Shown here one piece after another: positions 20,301 to 31,821 of a DNA stretch of 64,000 nt (position 1 is the first letter of the stretch; each line of letters opens with the position of its first letter). This DNA is from Ascidiella aspersa. Its lineage: Eukaryota. The position numbers were made by a program, and so were the translations under genes. The notes under the pieces are model-generated. The model was not told the origin of the DNA, did no database searches, and saw only the letters and a list, made by a program, of their open reading frames with translations. Location of the stretch: positions 29,698,001 to 29,762,000 of the forward strand of contig OZ004607.1 in NCBI GenBank assembly GCA_963924565.1, in the 5' to 3' direction.

Positions 20301-23300
20301 CGCACTAAAATACTAATTTCCAAAGTTTTGTTTTATTGCAAAAAATTCACTTGGAAAGATAGTCGGGTTCGCAAAAGGTTCGCTGTTGTACTTACGCTTT
20401 AGTTTTTGAGTGGCCGCGAAAAAATGTTGAGGAGCACTAAAAAAAGAAAAAAAGGTTGATAAACGGTTGAGTGACCCAAAAACACATGAAATGTAATTTT
20501 ATTATTTTCCAGCGATGGACACGAGCGTTGACCCCTCGGACAGTGAAGTCGCTCAGATCACCTCAAGCCACCCCAGCGCCAACACTAGCCCCGCCAAGTC
20601 GTCCCTCGCACCCACCCCCGAGCCCCAGGGGGCTTCCCCGAGGGTGGTCAAGTCGCGAGACGCCTCGCCGTCGAGAAGCAGCAGTCTGGCCGACGTGACG
20701 ATATTCACGCCGCAGGAGAAGGGTCCGTTTTGGATCCCGAAGAGCCAGCTGATGCGCAAGATGAAGGAGATTGGCGTGTACGGACGAAGGGATAACCTCT
20801 CGCGATCCTGCTGGTGAGATTCTGCTTTTGTTTGTTTGTTTGCCCATAATTTGGATGTTTTTAGTTTTGTTGGCTATTCGTAACTGTTGTTAAATGAATA
20901 GTTATCTTCTCCCGAGTAAATTGCTGTTTTTCCGTGCTTCGAAAAAAAATTGGAAAACGTGAGAAAAATATTTCTTTAAAAAAAGATCATATTAGGCTAA
21001 AATATCTTTGGGGCGCCTTAACGTGTGTATTTTGAAACTTCACATTTAAAATGTCTGCCACGAAAGCCAAATGTAATTTTAACTTTTTAAAATGCCTATA
21101 ATGATATAATTATAATCGATAAAGTTTCTCTCGTATTCTTATAGTTCCTAACATTCGATTGCGGTTTATTTTTATTAGTAACTTACGAGGCTGTTTATTA
21201 TACAGTCAACATATATTTCTACTTTATCTGAAAACAAACATTTTGCTTTGTCACAATTCAAATAAGAAGTCAGATTTTCTTATTCAAGGCAAATTGGTCC
21301 CTTTATTGCGTTATTTTGTTGTGCTTTTTACAATAGGTTTGTCTTCACGATGTGTTCGACAAGTAAAAAAATATTTTTTGAAGGAAAGGATCATATTAGG
21401 CAAAATTCTCTTCGTGTTTCAAAACTAAACGTTAAACAAATTTGTTTGTACTTTTTTACCCTATAGGTTTGTCCTCGACGAGGTCTTTGATAAGTATTCG
21501 CTCGACCACGAAAAATTCCCGGTGCCCTGTCGCTGGCGTTACGTCACAAAAGTGCCCGAAATCAAGTTCGTCGCCCTCCCGGAAATCCCCACTTCCACTG
21601 GGGCCCCTGCCGCGAGCCCTGCGACCCCCGCTGGGGCCGAATTGCCGCCCAAAGAACCCCCGGTCACCAAGCCAGTGGCCATCCCCAGTATCAGCAAGTT
21701 CACTACCAAGGTTTCGGCTCAGGACTTGCTCGAGCAATCTATGCAAAAGTGAGTCGCTTTTTTAAAGTCGCTTTTTTTTTTCTTTTTTTTTTGTTGTTGC
21801 TGTTGGGTTATATCAGATTTTTTCAACCGGTGTTCCGAGGAACACTAGTGTTCCGTTAAAGACGTCCAGGTGTTCAGCAACAAATTTATTAATTGGAGCA
21901 ATGTGTTAAAAAACAATAGGCGTAAGTAGCTTTAACACACATTGGGATTAAGTAATTTTTTTTTGTAAGGTAACTAACTATGATATCCACTATCACAGTT
22001 TAAATGTGCCATCGTGATTTGTTTTATTTATTGATGTGTAATACTGAGATAACAATTGCGTGTCCCTGCTGTTATTAAGCCCGAAATATCCATTTTGTGC
22101 TCATCCAAACAGACCTAGATATCGCACTAAGAAAAACTAAAATTGAATAATTGTTGCTTTGTTTTTTTCTTAATACATTATTATAATTCGTTTTTTGGTT
22201 TTCCACAAAATTATTTATTGCATAAAGTGTTCGTGACCCAAAATAGTTAAAAAAAACTCCGGGCTATGGCATAGGAGGTTATACTTATGCAACTTTTTTC
22301 TATTCCACTGAACAGTGGACCGCAATTTTTCGGAATGTTGCACTTGTTGTACTGGTAGTCTAGACTGTAGAGTAATAAGACCATAAAAAATACCACACAA
22401 AAACGAAAATTCATTTCCAGCAATTATGTATTAACCTTCTCTTTGGCTTCTTTAACCGCTCTATACCGTTATTCGTCTGACCTTTTGGTCATACACTGGA
22501 CTACGTCTTTGCTAGCCATGCCCCCCAGCGCCTGACTCCGTAAAGTGGGTTTCGTACCGACGCCTGTAAAGCACATCCCCAATAAGCTCAGTTTGTTTTT
22601 GATCGAGTGGTATGTTGCCTTATGTAATGTTTTAACTTGTGATTTAGAGACAAGATGGAGAAAGAGAAACAAGCCCAACAGGAACAGTCGGTTGCCGCCA
22701 TCAGCCAGTTCGCAACAACAAAGGTTGGTCTATTGTTTACTGACGTCACTGGCGCGTGATCTTGTCCTTCAACTTCCTTGTTGGTGTAATTTTTTAATGA
22801 ACAATTTGGTTGGATGTTTTATATACAAAGCTAGCTGACGCCAATCGTCCGCGAAGAAAATCTTAAAAACTAACTACCACAACTACGTTAAAAACTATTT
22901 CAACTTTGTTATTTCTCTCAGAATTAGAAACTTAGAATGATAAAAATTGCGTCCCACCTTTTATAAGTCAGGTTTGGATATATTTCAGCCACATTAACTA
23001 ATTACGTTAAAGGGCGTATCGAAGCGTCTTTATTATGATGAGGTCGATTAACTCGGCCTTTTTGGTTTTGAGATTCATCAGTGTGGTATAACCTTTTTTT
23101 ATCGATTTTTCAACTAACCATAAAAAGCGCAAACATTAGCGAACCAAAACGCTATTGCTATTTAATAAAACCCTTCCGAAGAAGTTTAACTCCTTGAATT
23201 TAACTTCCTTTATTAACAAATCGAAACGCTATCACTATGCTGTAAAACCCTTTAAAGAAATTCAACCTCTTCAATTCTCGGCGAGGCTCACTCTTTTATT

Positions 23301-24583
23301 TGTCGGCAGGTGTCGCCAGAGGACCTGATCGAGAGCTCGCGTCGCAAGATGGCGGCCAGTGAGGACAGCAGCCGCAGGGTGGAGCTCACAACAATCGCGC
23401 TGGCCTCGCCCCAGTCGCAACCATGGAACACCGAGCCGGTTAACGAAGGGAATGCCCCTCATGGCTGCTTCGGCCTTCCGACGCACGCCGCATTCAAAAC
23501 CTTTTTCGACAAGAAGCCCGCACAAAAAGCGGTCGGTGATTATTCTGTGTTTCGCGCGGTTTTTTTTCAGTCCTGGTTTTTAGGCGAGTTTAAAGATCCC
23601 GTGGGCGTGCTTTTATGCCATTTTTAGGTGGGAATGAAACGAGGACATGGGCCTTTCGTCGAGATAATCCTTAAAAAAATAAAAATGGCCATTTTTTATG
23701 GTTTTATGAAGAATAATTTTGGTTTAATGCGCGATTTGGTCAAACTTTGTGTGTGAAAAAATAAATCGCGCTTTGAAAAAAGACAAATACTGTATTTCAG
23801 TGATTGTTTTTTATCCCAGGCACGGTGAAGTATGAGACATTTAGGACACTAGCTGAAAATAGGTCGAATTTGATTTAAATATTAGGTTTAGCAATTGTCA
23901 AACGCAAGTTAGATGTATTGTATATATTTATCCGAAGATTTATTTTACTTGTCATCTTTGACAATCTTGTAAATGCCATAGTGCAGAATTGAACTTCTTT
24001 CGAAGGTTGTTTTTCTATGACATTTTAGCGGTCGACCGATATTACATTTTCGGGACGATATCGATACTCAATTTTTCAATTTTTTGTCAACCGATACCCG
24101 ACACCGATACCGATTTTTTCACATAATTGGGATATTGTAAAAATTTAAATGAATTAACAATAAAATCGTAATAAATTCCACTTTTACAAATTTTATTTTA
24201 CATATTAACTTTGCGTGATGTTCCCCGCAACCGAAATTCAAATGCAAACCTCTAGGAAATTTATTTGCTTTTTAGGTAAATAAATAAAATATTTTCTTGA
24301 AATTTGGACAAAATTATTGGCCTAAATTTACCAAAACCGACATATCGGTATGGAGCGCCGAAACGATATATATATATTATATATCTAGTTGGTTTGTTTT
24401 ATTTCAACTCAATTTTCGCGTTTACAGGAAAGCAAGGGTAGCAGCAGGGTGAGTTTAAACTTCGCCGCCACACCAAGTGCCGAAAACAAAGTTCCTGAAC
24501 CGATCAATTCCGGCAAAGACGCCCTGAACCCAACAGCGCCTCCTGTGGACGACGCAAACAGTGGCGTCATGGAAACCGAGTAG
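8354..24583 (+). CDS. CHAF1A: chromatin assembly factor 1 subunit A (CAF-1 p150), complete, 23 exons, about 1172 aa
   Basis: Exons 8354-8396, 10245-10422, 10615-10714, 11028-11111, 11543-12154 (alternative donor 12146), 12214-12255, 12371-12457, 12774-12895, 13366-13480, 13549-13623, 13801-13929, 14458-14552, 14817-14991, 15540-15620, 16456-16548, 16869-17042, 17932-18052, 19668-19823, 20513-20813, 21467-21748, 22648-22723, 23310-23531, 24428-24583; total 3519 nt in frame. Motifs: PIP1 KKLKQARLSF, KER coiled coil, PIP2-like QACAFKSFF, FQLKKGMVLAP, KLLQFTENNRPPYYGTW, DYEVDSDDEWE, DGFFVPHGYLSDDEG, winged helix LPDLIRMVHGN...CWFV...PVPCRWRYVT. Confidence 0.95.
8700..9288. mobile_element. long-TIR (~95 bp) foldback/MITE in CHAF1A intron 1
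   Basis: 8700-8800 matches the reverse complement of 9190-9288 (TGGCGCTGGACTATAATCCTA... / ...TAGGATTCTAGACCAGCACCA); a third end copy lies at 8897-8913. Confidence 0.75.
15690..16020. mobile_element. cluster of MITE fragments (GAGTCGGA family; CAGGGTGGTCCAAAC end at 15880; CAGCGGTTCTCAACC end at 15990)
   Basis: Matches to the ends and motifs of complete copies at 17066-17394 and 44288-44709. Confidence 0.6.
17066..17394. mobile_element. hAT (Charlie/Buster-like) MITE
   Basis: TIR CAGCGGTTCTCAGCC / GGTTCAGAACCACTG; perfect TSD TTCTAGTC. Confidence 0.9.
18142..18275. repeat. TGACTT/AAGTCA subterminal-repeat transposon fragment
   Basis: Multiple TGACTTGACTT units; same family as 35910-35995, 45290-45325 and 53665-54083. 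Confidence 0.6.
18772..18959. mobile_element. palindromic MITE-like element
   Basis: Ends TAGGCACT / AGTGCCTA; 18781-18845 pairs with 18869-18932; half-copy at about 23010-23080. Confidence 0.65.
19089..19612. mobile_element. hAT (Charlie/Buster-like) MITE
   Basis: TIR CAGGGTTTCTCAACC / GGTTGAGAACCACTG; perfect TSD GTATAAAC; GGGGCCAC subterminal repeats. Confidence 0.9.
20159..20439. mobile_element. degenerate hAT MITE
   Basis: CACTGTTTCTCAAC ... GTTGAGGAGCACTA; TSD not clear. Confidence 0.5.
21814..22261. mobile_element. degenerate hAT MITE
   Basis: CAGATTTTTTCAACCGGTGTTCC left end with GTGTTC repeats; right end decayed. Confidence 0.4.
24026..24387. mobile_element. CCGATA-repeat MITE (TAG...CTA ends)
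   Basis: TAGCGGTCGACCGATAT left end and many CCGATA/TATCGG motifs; a related element lies at about 28050-28420. Confidence 0.55.
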
Positions 24584-27500
24584 AAACCTATATCTTCCTA
24601 ACTGTAGAACAATTTCTTAACCTCTTTAATTCATTCTCGCGTAGCCCTATTTTCGAGGCACTAGATCTTGTTTTTCGCCGTATTCCCTTTCTATTCTGTG
24701 TAACAATTATGTGTTTTTGTCGTTCTCTTTTCGCGTGCAACTTCAAGCCAACCCAACGCTTGTTACGATGGCCGTCGTGTGGTGAGTTTGTTCTTGGTCC
24801 GACCGAACCGTTTGAGACTTGTCGACGCATAACCATTCCTTCGCTGGCTTGTGGAATTTACAAATATAAGTGCTGCGTAGGTCGCACATGAGCCAGTGAT
24901 ATTCAGTCTCGGATTTTTTTATTGAAAATCTTCCATGGAAATTGATGTACGTTTAAATTAATCAATCGAAAATCACCATTTTGTGCATGATAAACACACA
25001 AAAAGAATGGTGAGTTGTTTACCATTGCTGGTTTTTTTTAACTTTAAAGTAATATATAATGCGGTAACAAGGCGTTGAATCAACGACGTCATTCTGTGGC
25101 CAGGGCATTGAGTTTTAAGTTGTTCTCTGGTTGTTACTTTGACCGTTGCAACAAACTTGCGGTAACTGGTTCGCCGTCACCCACTTATAAACCCAAATTT
25201 CGTTTGACACGAAAGCTCTTAATTCGTTTACTGTCTGGAAATTTTGCTGCTTTATCGACCGCCTCCGTTTTGACATTTGTATTTCTAAATCTGCGCAAGC
25301 CTCCGAGACTTTGCGATGGCTTAAGCGGCCGCGGAGCGTCACGACAGAGTCTGGGGTCTTTTGCAAGTCGAACGCGGCGACTCGACTTTGGCTGGGATTA
25401 GTTTTTCTTAATGTGCCTTGTCGGCGACCAGCAACATTCGATGTCGTCGTCGCTTGCTGCCTCGGCCTTGTAAGGTAGCGCTTTACCTCTGGGTTGGAGC
25501 CTTGGCGGGCTTGCGGCGGATCTAGCGACAGCTTTTGCGAGCGCCAATAAACTGGAATGCACGAAAGCGTGGTTTGCGTTGATTCTTTGTTCAAGATTGC
25601 GGAATGACTCATTCGTTGTAAGGCCTTTGGCGGATAAGAATCGAAAACTTGCTACTGCTGTAGTGCATACAGGTTTTTCCCGAAGGTTTCGTTATCCAGT
25701 TAAGTGTTTCTTGATTTTCTGTAACTCGCGCCACACAAAGAAAATCAAAAAAAGTTCGTGGCACGCTTTTTGCAAAGAGCAATACCAAAAATTGGCAAAA
25801 GACGCTAATGCAGGGCACAGCAATAGGTAAATACCATGACGACATGAGTTTTACAAAGAATAGTGTGAGTTTAAATCTCGCATGAAAATGAGTGATATGG
25901 AAAAGTTTATTCAGCTAAATTACAGAAATACAGGCTTTACACTTGATAATCTCTAAAGATACACCAATTTGTTGCGACACACAGATTTAGAATCACACGC
26001 ACAGTCGTTAAAATAGTTCGAAGGTTTTCTTAATGGCAGCTATAAAATTTAAGGACGTTTATTCGATGCAAACAGTACGAGCTAGCGCGATTGGGTTTAC
26101 CATAATGTGATTTAAATACACAACGCGTGTTATTTTATATTCTTGTCAAATGACAGTCTACAGGTTTAAATGTATTTTATCTAAAATACATCACGAGTGT
26201 GCATGGAATCTACATACTCTAACGATAGTATCAAACATAAAGTAAGATAATATCTATTCATTATAAAGGGAGAAATATCATTTCAGGTGGCACCTTCGGG
26301 TATAAAGAGTAAAAAATGCCTTGTTTTGGTGGCCCGGCAAACAATTTAAACTTGTTGAGAAAAAAACGCCCATGTCAACCACAACAAATCATGAAAACCT
26401 GTCGTTGTCTCATGCAATAACTTCAAATTATAATTTTTTCCTTAGATGGTGTCAGACCCAATTTGCATGGAACTTGTTTTGCGCCGGGAGTTCGCTTTGT
26501 AGTTTTCCTGATGTAAAGTTCAACACAGGCGGACCCTGAAAAACAATCCAAAGTCAATAGCACATTGCCCAGGCGACTGGCGTTTCGCGTAACCCATATG
26601 GTATTTATCTTTTAGCGCCCCGATCAAACGTTAACTAGTAAGACACCGAAGCCTGTTGACTGAAAGCCGCTGACACGTTGGAATACACATCTAAGAAGTT
26701 TCTTGTTAGACAGCCACTGACGACAGCTGCTTTACCGCATTAGCCCATAGGAGGCAGCAGCGGTGTTAGGCATTAGCGTTAGAAACTTTATGTGCTCGAA
26801 TTGGCCAAAACCACCGCAGGCGGAGTATTGAGGGTAAATTATTTATGCAAGGCTCATAACAATGTCTACAAAGCGTATAGGCAGTCACGCACCTCGTCTC
26901 CGCTTCATAACGGTCCGCAAAAATCGTAAAAATCGCGCAGGCAATAAGTGGAATTATGGTTTCAGCCTTTGTAAGGCACGAAAACTTGTGCACAATAGTT
27001 TTTCGAACTTGGATTTCAATCAAACCTTCGTTAAAATAAGGAATACCATTAACGTTTTTATTTTGAGAAGTGGGCCGTTTTCGATTTAGTTGATAATTAG
27101 ATACATACTTTTAAATTTACTAAAAAATAACACTTTGCGCTTAATTAAAGATTTCTGGTTAAAATGTGCTTGTTTGCAACGTTTTCTAGTTTCGTAGTCG
27201 TAGCTCGTCGCAATTTTTCTTAAGCTTTCGATCAGGGCCGGACCTCGCGCTTACCTATGGCCGAGAGGTCAACACCGACAGATGTCCGTCAGTCGAAAGT
27301 GTCGAGTCCGGCGCCGGCTGCGACGCACTGCCTTCAGTCAGTAAGTCAGCTGTGCGCTGATCGATGACGAGGGCTTGTGGTAAAATGTTGCAGTGGCTAT
27401 TTTCTTGCGGCGCTTACTCTGCTATCCGCTTCACCTTCAGTCCTGGTGGGAAAGGTTTACAGCTCAGCTTATCGATTACCGTTTTGGGTTTTCACGCAGC

Positions 27501-28603
27501 TCGATGCTTCTTGGGCGAATTACGCCCCCCTGTAATCGTTTTGTATCGATATTGTGCGCTTTTAAACGATAACATTTCCATCTGCGTCCTTCAGTAAATG
27601 TGTATAGCTACCGAATAGGCAGTCTGGCTACCTGTCGAGTGTCGGCCTGGTGTTGCTTTAGCGGACGGCTGTTTGCTTTGACAAAGGCGCAAATTTGTCG
27701 GTAAGCCAGCTGAAGATCGCAACCTCTTAGCGCAAACAAACCGCAGGCGATGAGACCAAGAGCTCCATGTTAGTTTTGACGCTCTCGCTTAAGGCGAGCG
27801 CCGGCCGGCAAATTAAGTTTAAATCGGATTACATTGTATAAAGGTATAGAGCGGCATGTCATCGAGGACTAGTGTAAGGTAGTCGTGTGCGCAGTATATC
27901 CGTATTTATTTTTGTCTATAGCAGCGACGATATATGTTAAGTAGAGCTGCAATAGCCGTTTCTGTGAACTATTCGTTTCGATTTCAATGTACGAACAGTT
28001 GCCTCTGCAAAGACGTTATCGTTTCTTTAAGGATAACAAAGTTGTAGCAAGATGCGCAATAATATCGGATCGGAGCCGTTTACTCGATGCCAACTGGTAG
28101 TATCGGTACTTGTCTGATACTTGGGTGGTTTAGCTGCCGATTGATGTAAAATCACTATACACTTTTTAACAGTGAAAACAATTGCAATTTTCTAACTAAT
28201 AACCATTTGATAAAAATTAGTAGATTAACGGGACGTAACTAAACTTTTTAACGCTGAACCAAATTTTGACCTAACAACCTGAAAACACTACGTTTGAAGG
28301 TTTTAATTTCATCTATTTGTTGTATTCGAGCATATGAAAGACCTCATTTGGTATCAGATCGCAATACGTGTTGTCCAAAATATCGGGTTTTTCAGCCTGC
28401 ATACGCAAAATCGGTCTTCTAATTGCGGGGGTAAGCTACCATGGGTTTAGATTATGGTATTTTCCGAGATAAATCACTTCAAAAAGTTTAAGATTCACTA
28501 TTTTTCATATGAACGACGATATTTGTCATTACTACTTCATGGTAGCCTCTAACAGTATACAAAAACGGTTATACAAACTTTTTAATCGCGTTTATTGAGA
28601 ACA

Positions 28604-29106
28604 ATATGTTCCCAAATTCGAGCGTTGCGGTATGTCTGCAGCCTTTTTGTGCTTGTCGTCATTTGTTAACTAAACGGGGCCATATAGGTATTGGTAGCCT
28701 TAAGAAGGACGGTTGGCGGTCCTATAGGCAAGCTGTTCCCCCTGTGTATACTTCTCATACAGCTTATGTATATATTTCGAACTGAAACAGGCGACCGCCG
28801 ACGTTTGTTTATTCGCCAACGGTCGTTATTTCATTCAGATTTTTAGCAGAAGTACGCCAAAATCAGGCTGCAGAATACGTTACGCGGCAATTTGTGGTTC
28901 GTCAACCAGTGATATGTTCCCAAATTCGACCGTTGCGGTTTTTCTGCACCCTTTTTGAGCTTTTTGCCATGTGTTGACAACAAGGGGCCATAGGTATTGG
29001 TGGCGGTTGGTAGTCCTAGGCAGCCCGTTCCCGCTGTGTATACTTCTCATACAGCTTATGTATATGTTTCGAGGTGAAACAGGCCACCTCCGACGGTCGT
29101 TTATTT
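28604..29106. repeat. direct duplication, ~200-bp units, period 308
   Basis: 28604-28813 resembles 28912-29106; shared blocks ATATGTTCCCAAATTCGA and CTGTGTATACTTCTCATACAGCTTATGTATAT. Confidence 0.85.
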
Positions 29107-30716
29107 GGGTTAACCGCTGCTGCCAGCGACCCGGGCGCCGTGTTGTAGTTTGTTTGGGTTAAACCGCAGCGTCGCGGCACCCGGGGCCAGTTCGGGCACG
29201 CAGCGCCCATGACGCCTTTCCCATTCAAAGGCCAGCCCGCGACCGCTCATAGTCGTTAATAGGACCGCTAATCGCTCGCCGCTCCGGGATGGCGCCGCTC
29301 AAGCGCTCGGCAAAGCGTACTATCGATTTTTCCGGGGCCGCTCGAAACTCAATTGCGTATTGCCAGCTCGTCGATGACGACTGCTGCTGTTGGTGCGTGT
29401 TACCTGATCCCATATACACAGCGGCTGTATGAAAAGCCTGCGTATATTAAACGAGCCCCAGAGGGAATGTTCGCCGGACTTAAACTCGGTTCGCGAGCGA
29501 CCACACTGTTCTTGGCGACCGAGATTAGACGCGCTTGTTGGGTTTGGACCGAGGCCAAGACGCCATTGTCGACAGAAAAGGCGACCGCGGGGTGTGAAGT
29601 GGTGTTTAGAGGAGTTGCGAAATAGCCCTGTTCGCCGTTTATAAGACTGGCCTAGAAAAGACTTAAAGGCACGCGGTAAACTATGCTGGTTGGTTCGTAA
29701 CGTTGCCTCGGTCATTTGTCCGGAATTTCAAGCTCGGCCACGAGTCCCCGCCCTTGCCCGGTTAAATATGTTTGCACAGACGCGGTCGCCTTTGGCTTAA
29801 CGGCAGCCTCGACGCGCAGAAGGAAAAAGCGAGCGGTTCTTGGTAGTTCCGCCAACGCGCAAGAGTATATAGAAGGAAAGTCGCTTTCTCGTCACGGAAT
29901 TAGCAAACAAAGGATCGCGGTATTTCACATCTAGCCGAAAATAGAAGTTTGGCCCAGCTGAAGTGCACAGCACCCCATACTAGATCTAAATGACAGGTTG
30001 AGTGGACAGCTACAGGAAAGTGCAGGAACTGCCGTAGTTTGGTTCATGTACGACTTATAAGCGTTGTTCAGTTGTTAACGCTAGGTTTAGTTTCACTCTT
30101 AAATCTAAGGATAAGCCAATAGGTGACGAAGTTATCAGCAGAACTTTTTATGTTTTGTTTTACGACATAATGTTTTCGGTAAATCAGCATCACGAAGTAA
30201 GATCATGTTTATCTCGTAATAGCATTGCAAAAAACATTGCTGAGGTAAACTACAGTCCAGCCTTGAAGATATACTTCGTAAGGCTTCTTTGTCATTTTAA
30301 TAATCCTTTACCCTTTGAACCAAAGAAATTTTCTGATTTTATTGTTGTTAAGTGCCTTGTAAAATAGTAATATCTAAGCCACCCTTTGACCTCTATGAAG
30401 AAATAATGTGTAAACTTCGCTGCAATGCTATCAGGTATCGTGCTGTGTTTGTCGGCTGGCGGTTTGTGAGGGTTGTCCGGAAACATTTAAGGTGCTTGAA
30501 AATGTTAAAGAGTTTCGATCCGTTTAAAGTGAAGCCACATTTGACTGTAAACACGCAATTTTGAATAACAAACCATTTGGATGTGTAACATATCTAGACT
30601 ACTCTTTCGCATGTAAGCTTTGCTTTTTCAACTTTATTTATCATGGCACAATGCAGGAAGCAAGCCCTATGACATATGGATCCAATATAATCAAAGTATT
30701 CTTTCGAATAACAAAA

Positions 30717-30815
30717 TCTGCCTGAATCCGAATGGTGAAAACAAACGATTCTGGTTGCACATCAATGATAAAGATTAAACTAAGTACAGAACTTAGTAAC
30801 CAAAAATCAGTTTGT
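30717..30815. repeat. dispersed repeat, copy 2
   Basis: See 1670-1780. Confidence 0.75.
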
Positions 30816-31821
30816 TTGTATGTGATAAAAAGATTAATATATTTCGCTATAAAGCATCATCAGTATCTAAATACATAACACAAATTAAGATTTTTGCTGT
30901 AAAATTAAACATTTTACCTCTTTTTCATATAGCCGAGCGATTGAAACGCCCACAGTACACTAATGTACATGTTTGATCCCGACGGCAGTCAATAAATTCC
31001 CGGTAAGCCTCTGCAGTCGACTTCTTGCCAGCCTATATAGTGCCGTTATTAAATTGGCAGGATTAGCTCGCATCTTGTGACGAGAGCGGCTTACACGAAG
31101 AGAGCGAACCTACACACTTAGACCTGCGCATTTTTCCAGGAAGAAGCAACTGAAAACTTGCGCAAATGCAGGGTTTCAACCGCGCTCGAGGTAGCGGAAA
31201 GTGAAACATTTTCAAAAAGGTCGTAAAGTTACATTTAGGCGAGGGCATTCAGATTTTAAGCAGGCTTTTGCTAACAGGATCATTAAGAAAACGTTACACA
31301 GCAATTTGTAGTTCGTTACCCGATGAAACAATGAATTTAAAATGTGATTTCGTGCAACGGTAGTGATCTACTTATTATGCACAATTTGTTGGCCTTTTTT
31401 ACCTTTTACTGCCGGAAAACATTAAAGATAGAGAAGAGGCTTGCTGGATACAGCTGCCGTCGAAAATCAGCCTGTCCATCATAATAATGTAGCGGCGCGC
31501 GCGTCGTAACGTAGCCCGAATCAAAATTGTCCGAGAAAATTCGATACGCCAGCGCCGAGCAGAAAGATATCTCGCTCTCACGCCACCGCCGTCCTTGCGA
31601 CATCTGACCCGTAAAGACACAGCGACAACCTGTAATCGCGACCCGGGCCTTTAATGTTTTTGTAAAGGCACGAGATACGGTAGAGAGCTGATAGCGCGGG
31701 CGCTGATTGTTTTTGTTTTGCTCACTCTGTTCACAGGTCGTTAACTTTAGCACGTAAGGCCTGAGTTGCAGCGGGCGCTGCCACATCACAGGAAAGTGAC
31801 GGAGCGGGAAATGTCAGCGGA

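Noticed and set aside
22460-22600. GC-richer intronic block as a snoRNA or hammerhead ribozyme
   Set aside because: No complete C/D, H/ACA or CUGANGA...GAAA core found by eye; an Infernal/Rfam scan would settle it
25075-25830. ORFs on both strands downstream of CHAF1A as a separate gene
   Set aside because: No recognisable protein or consistent exon structure
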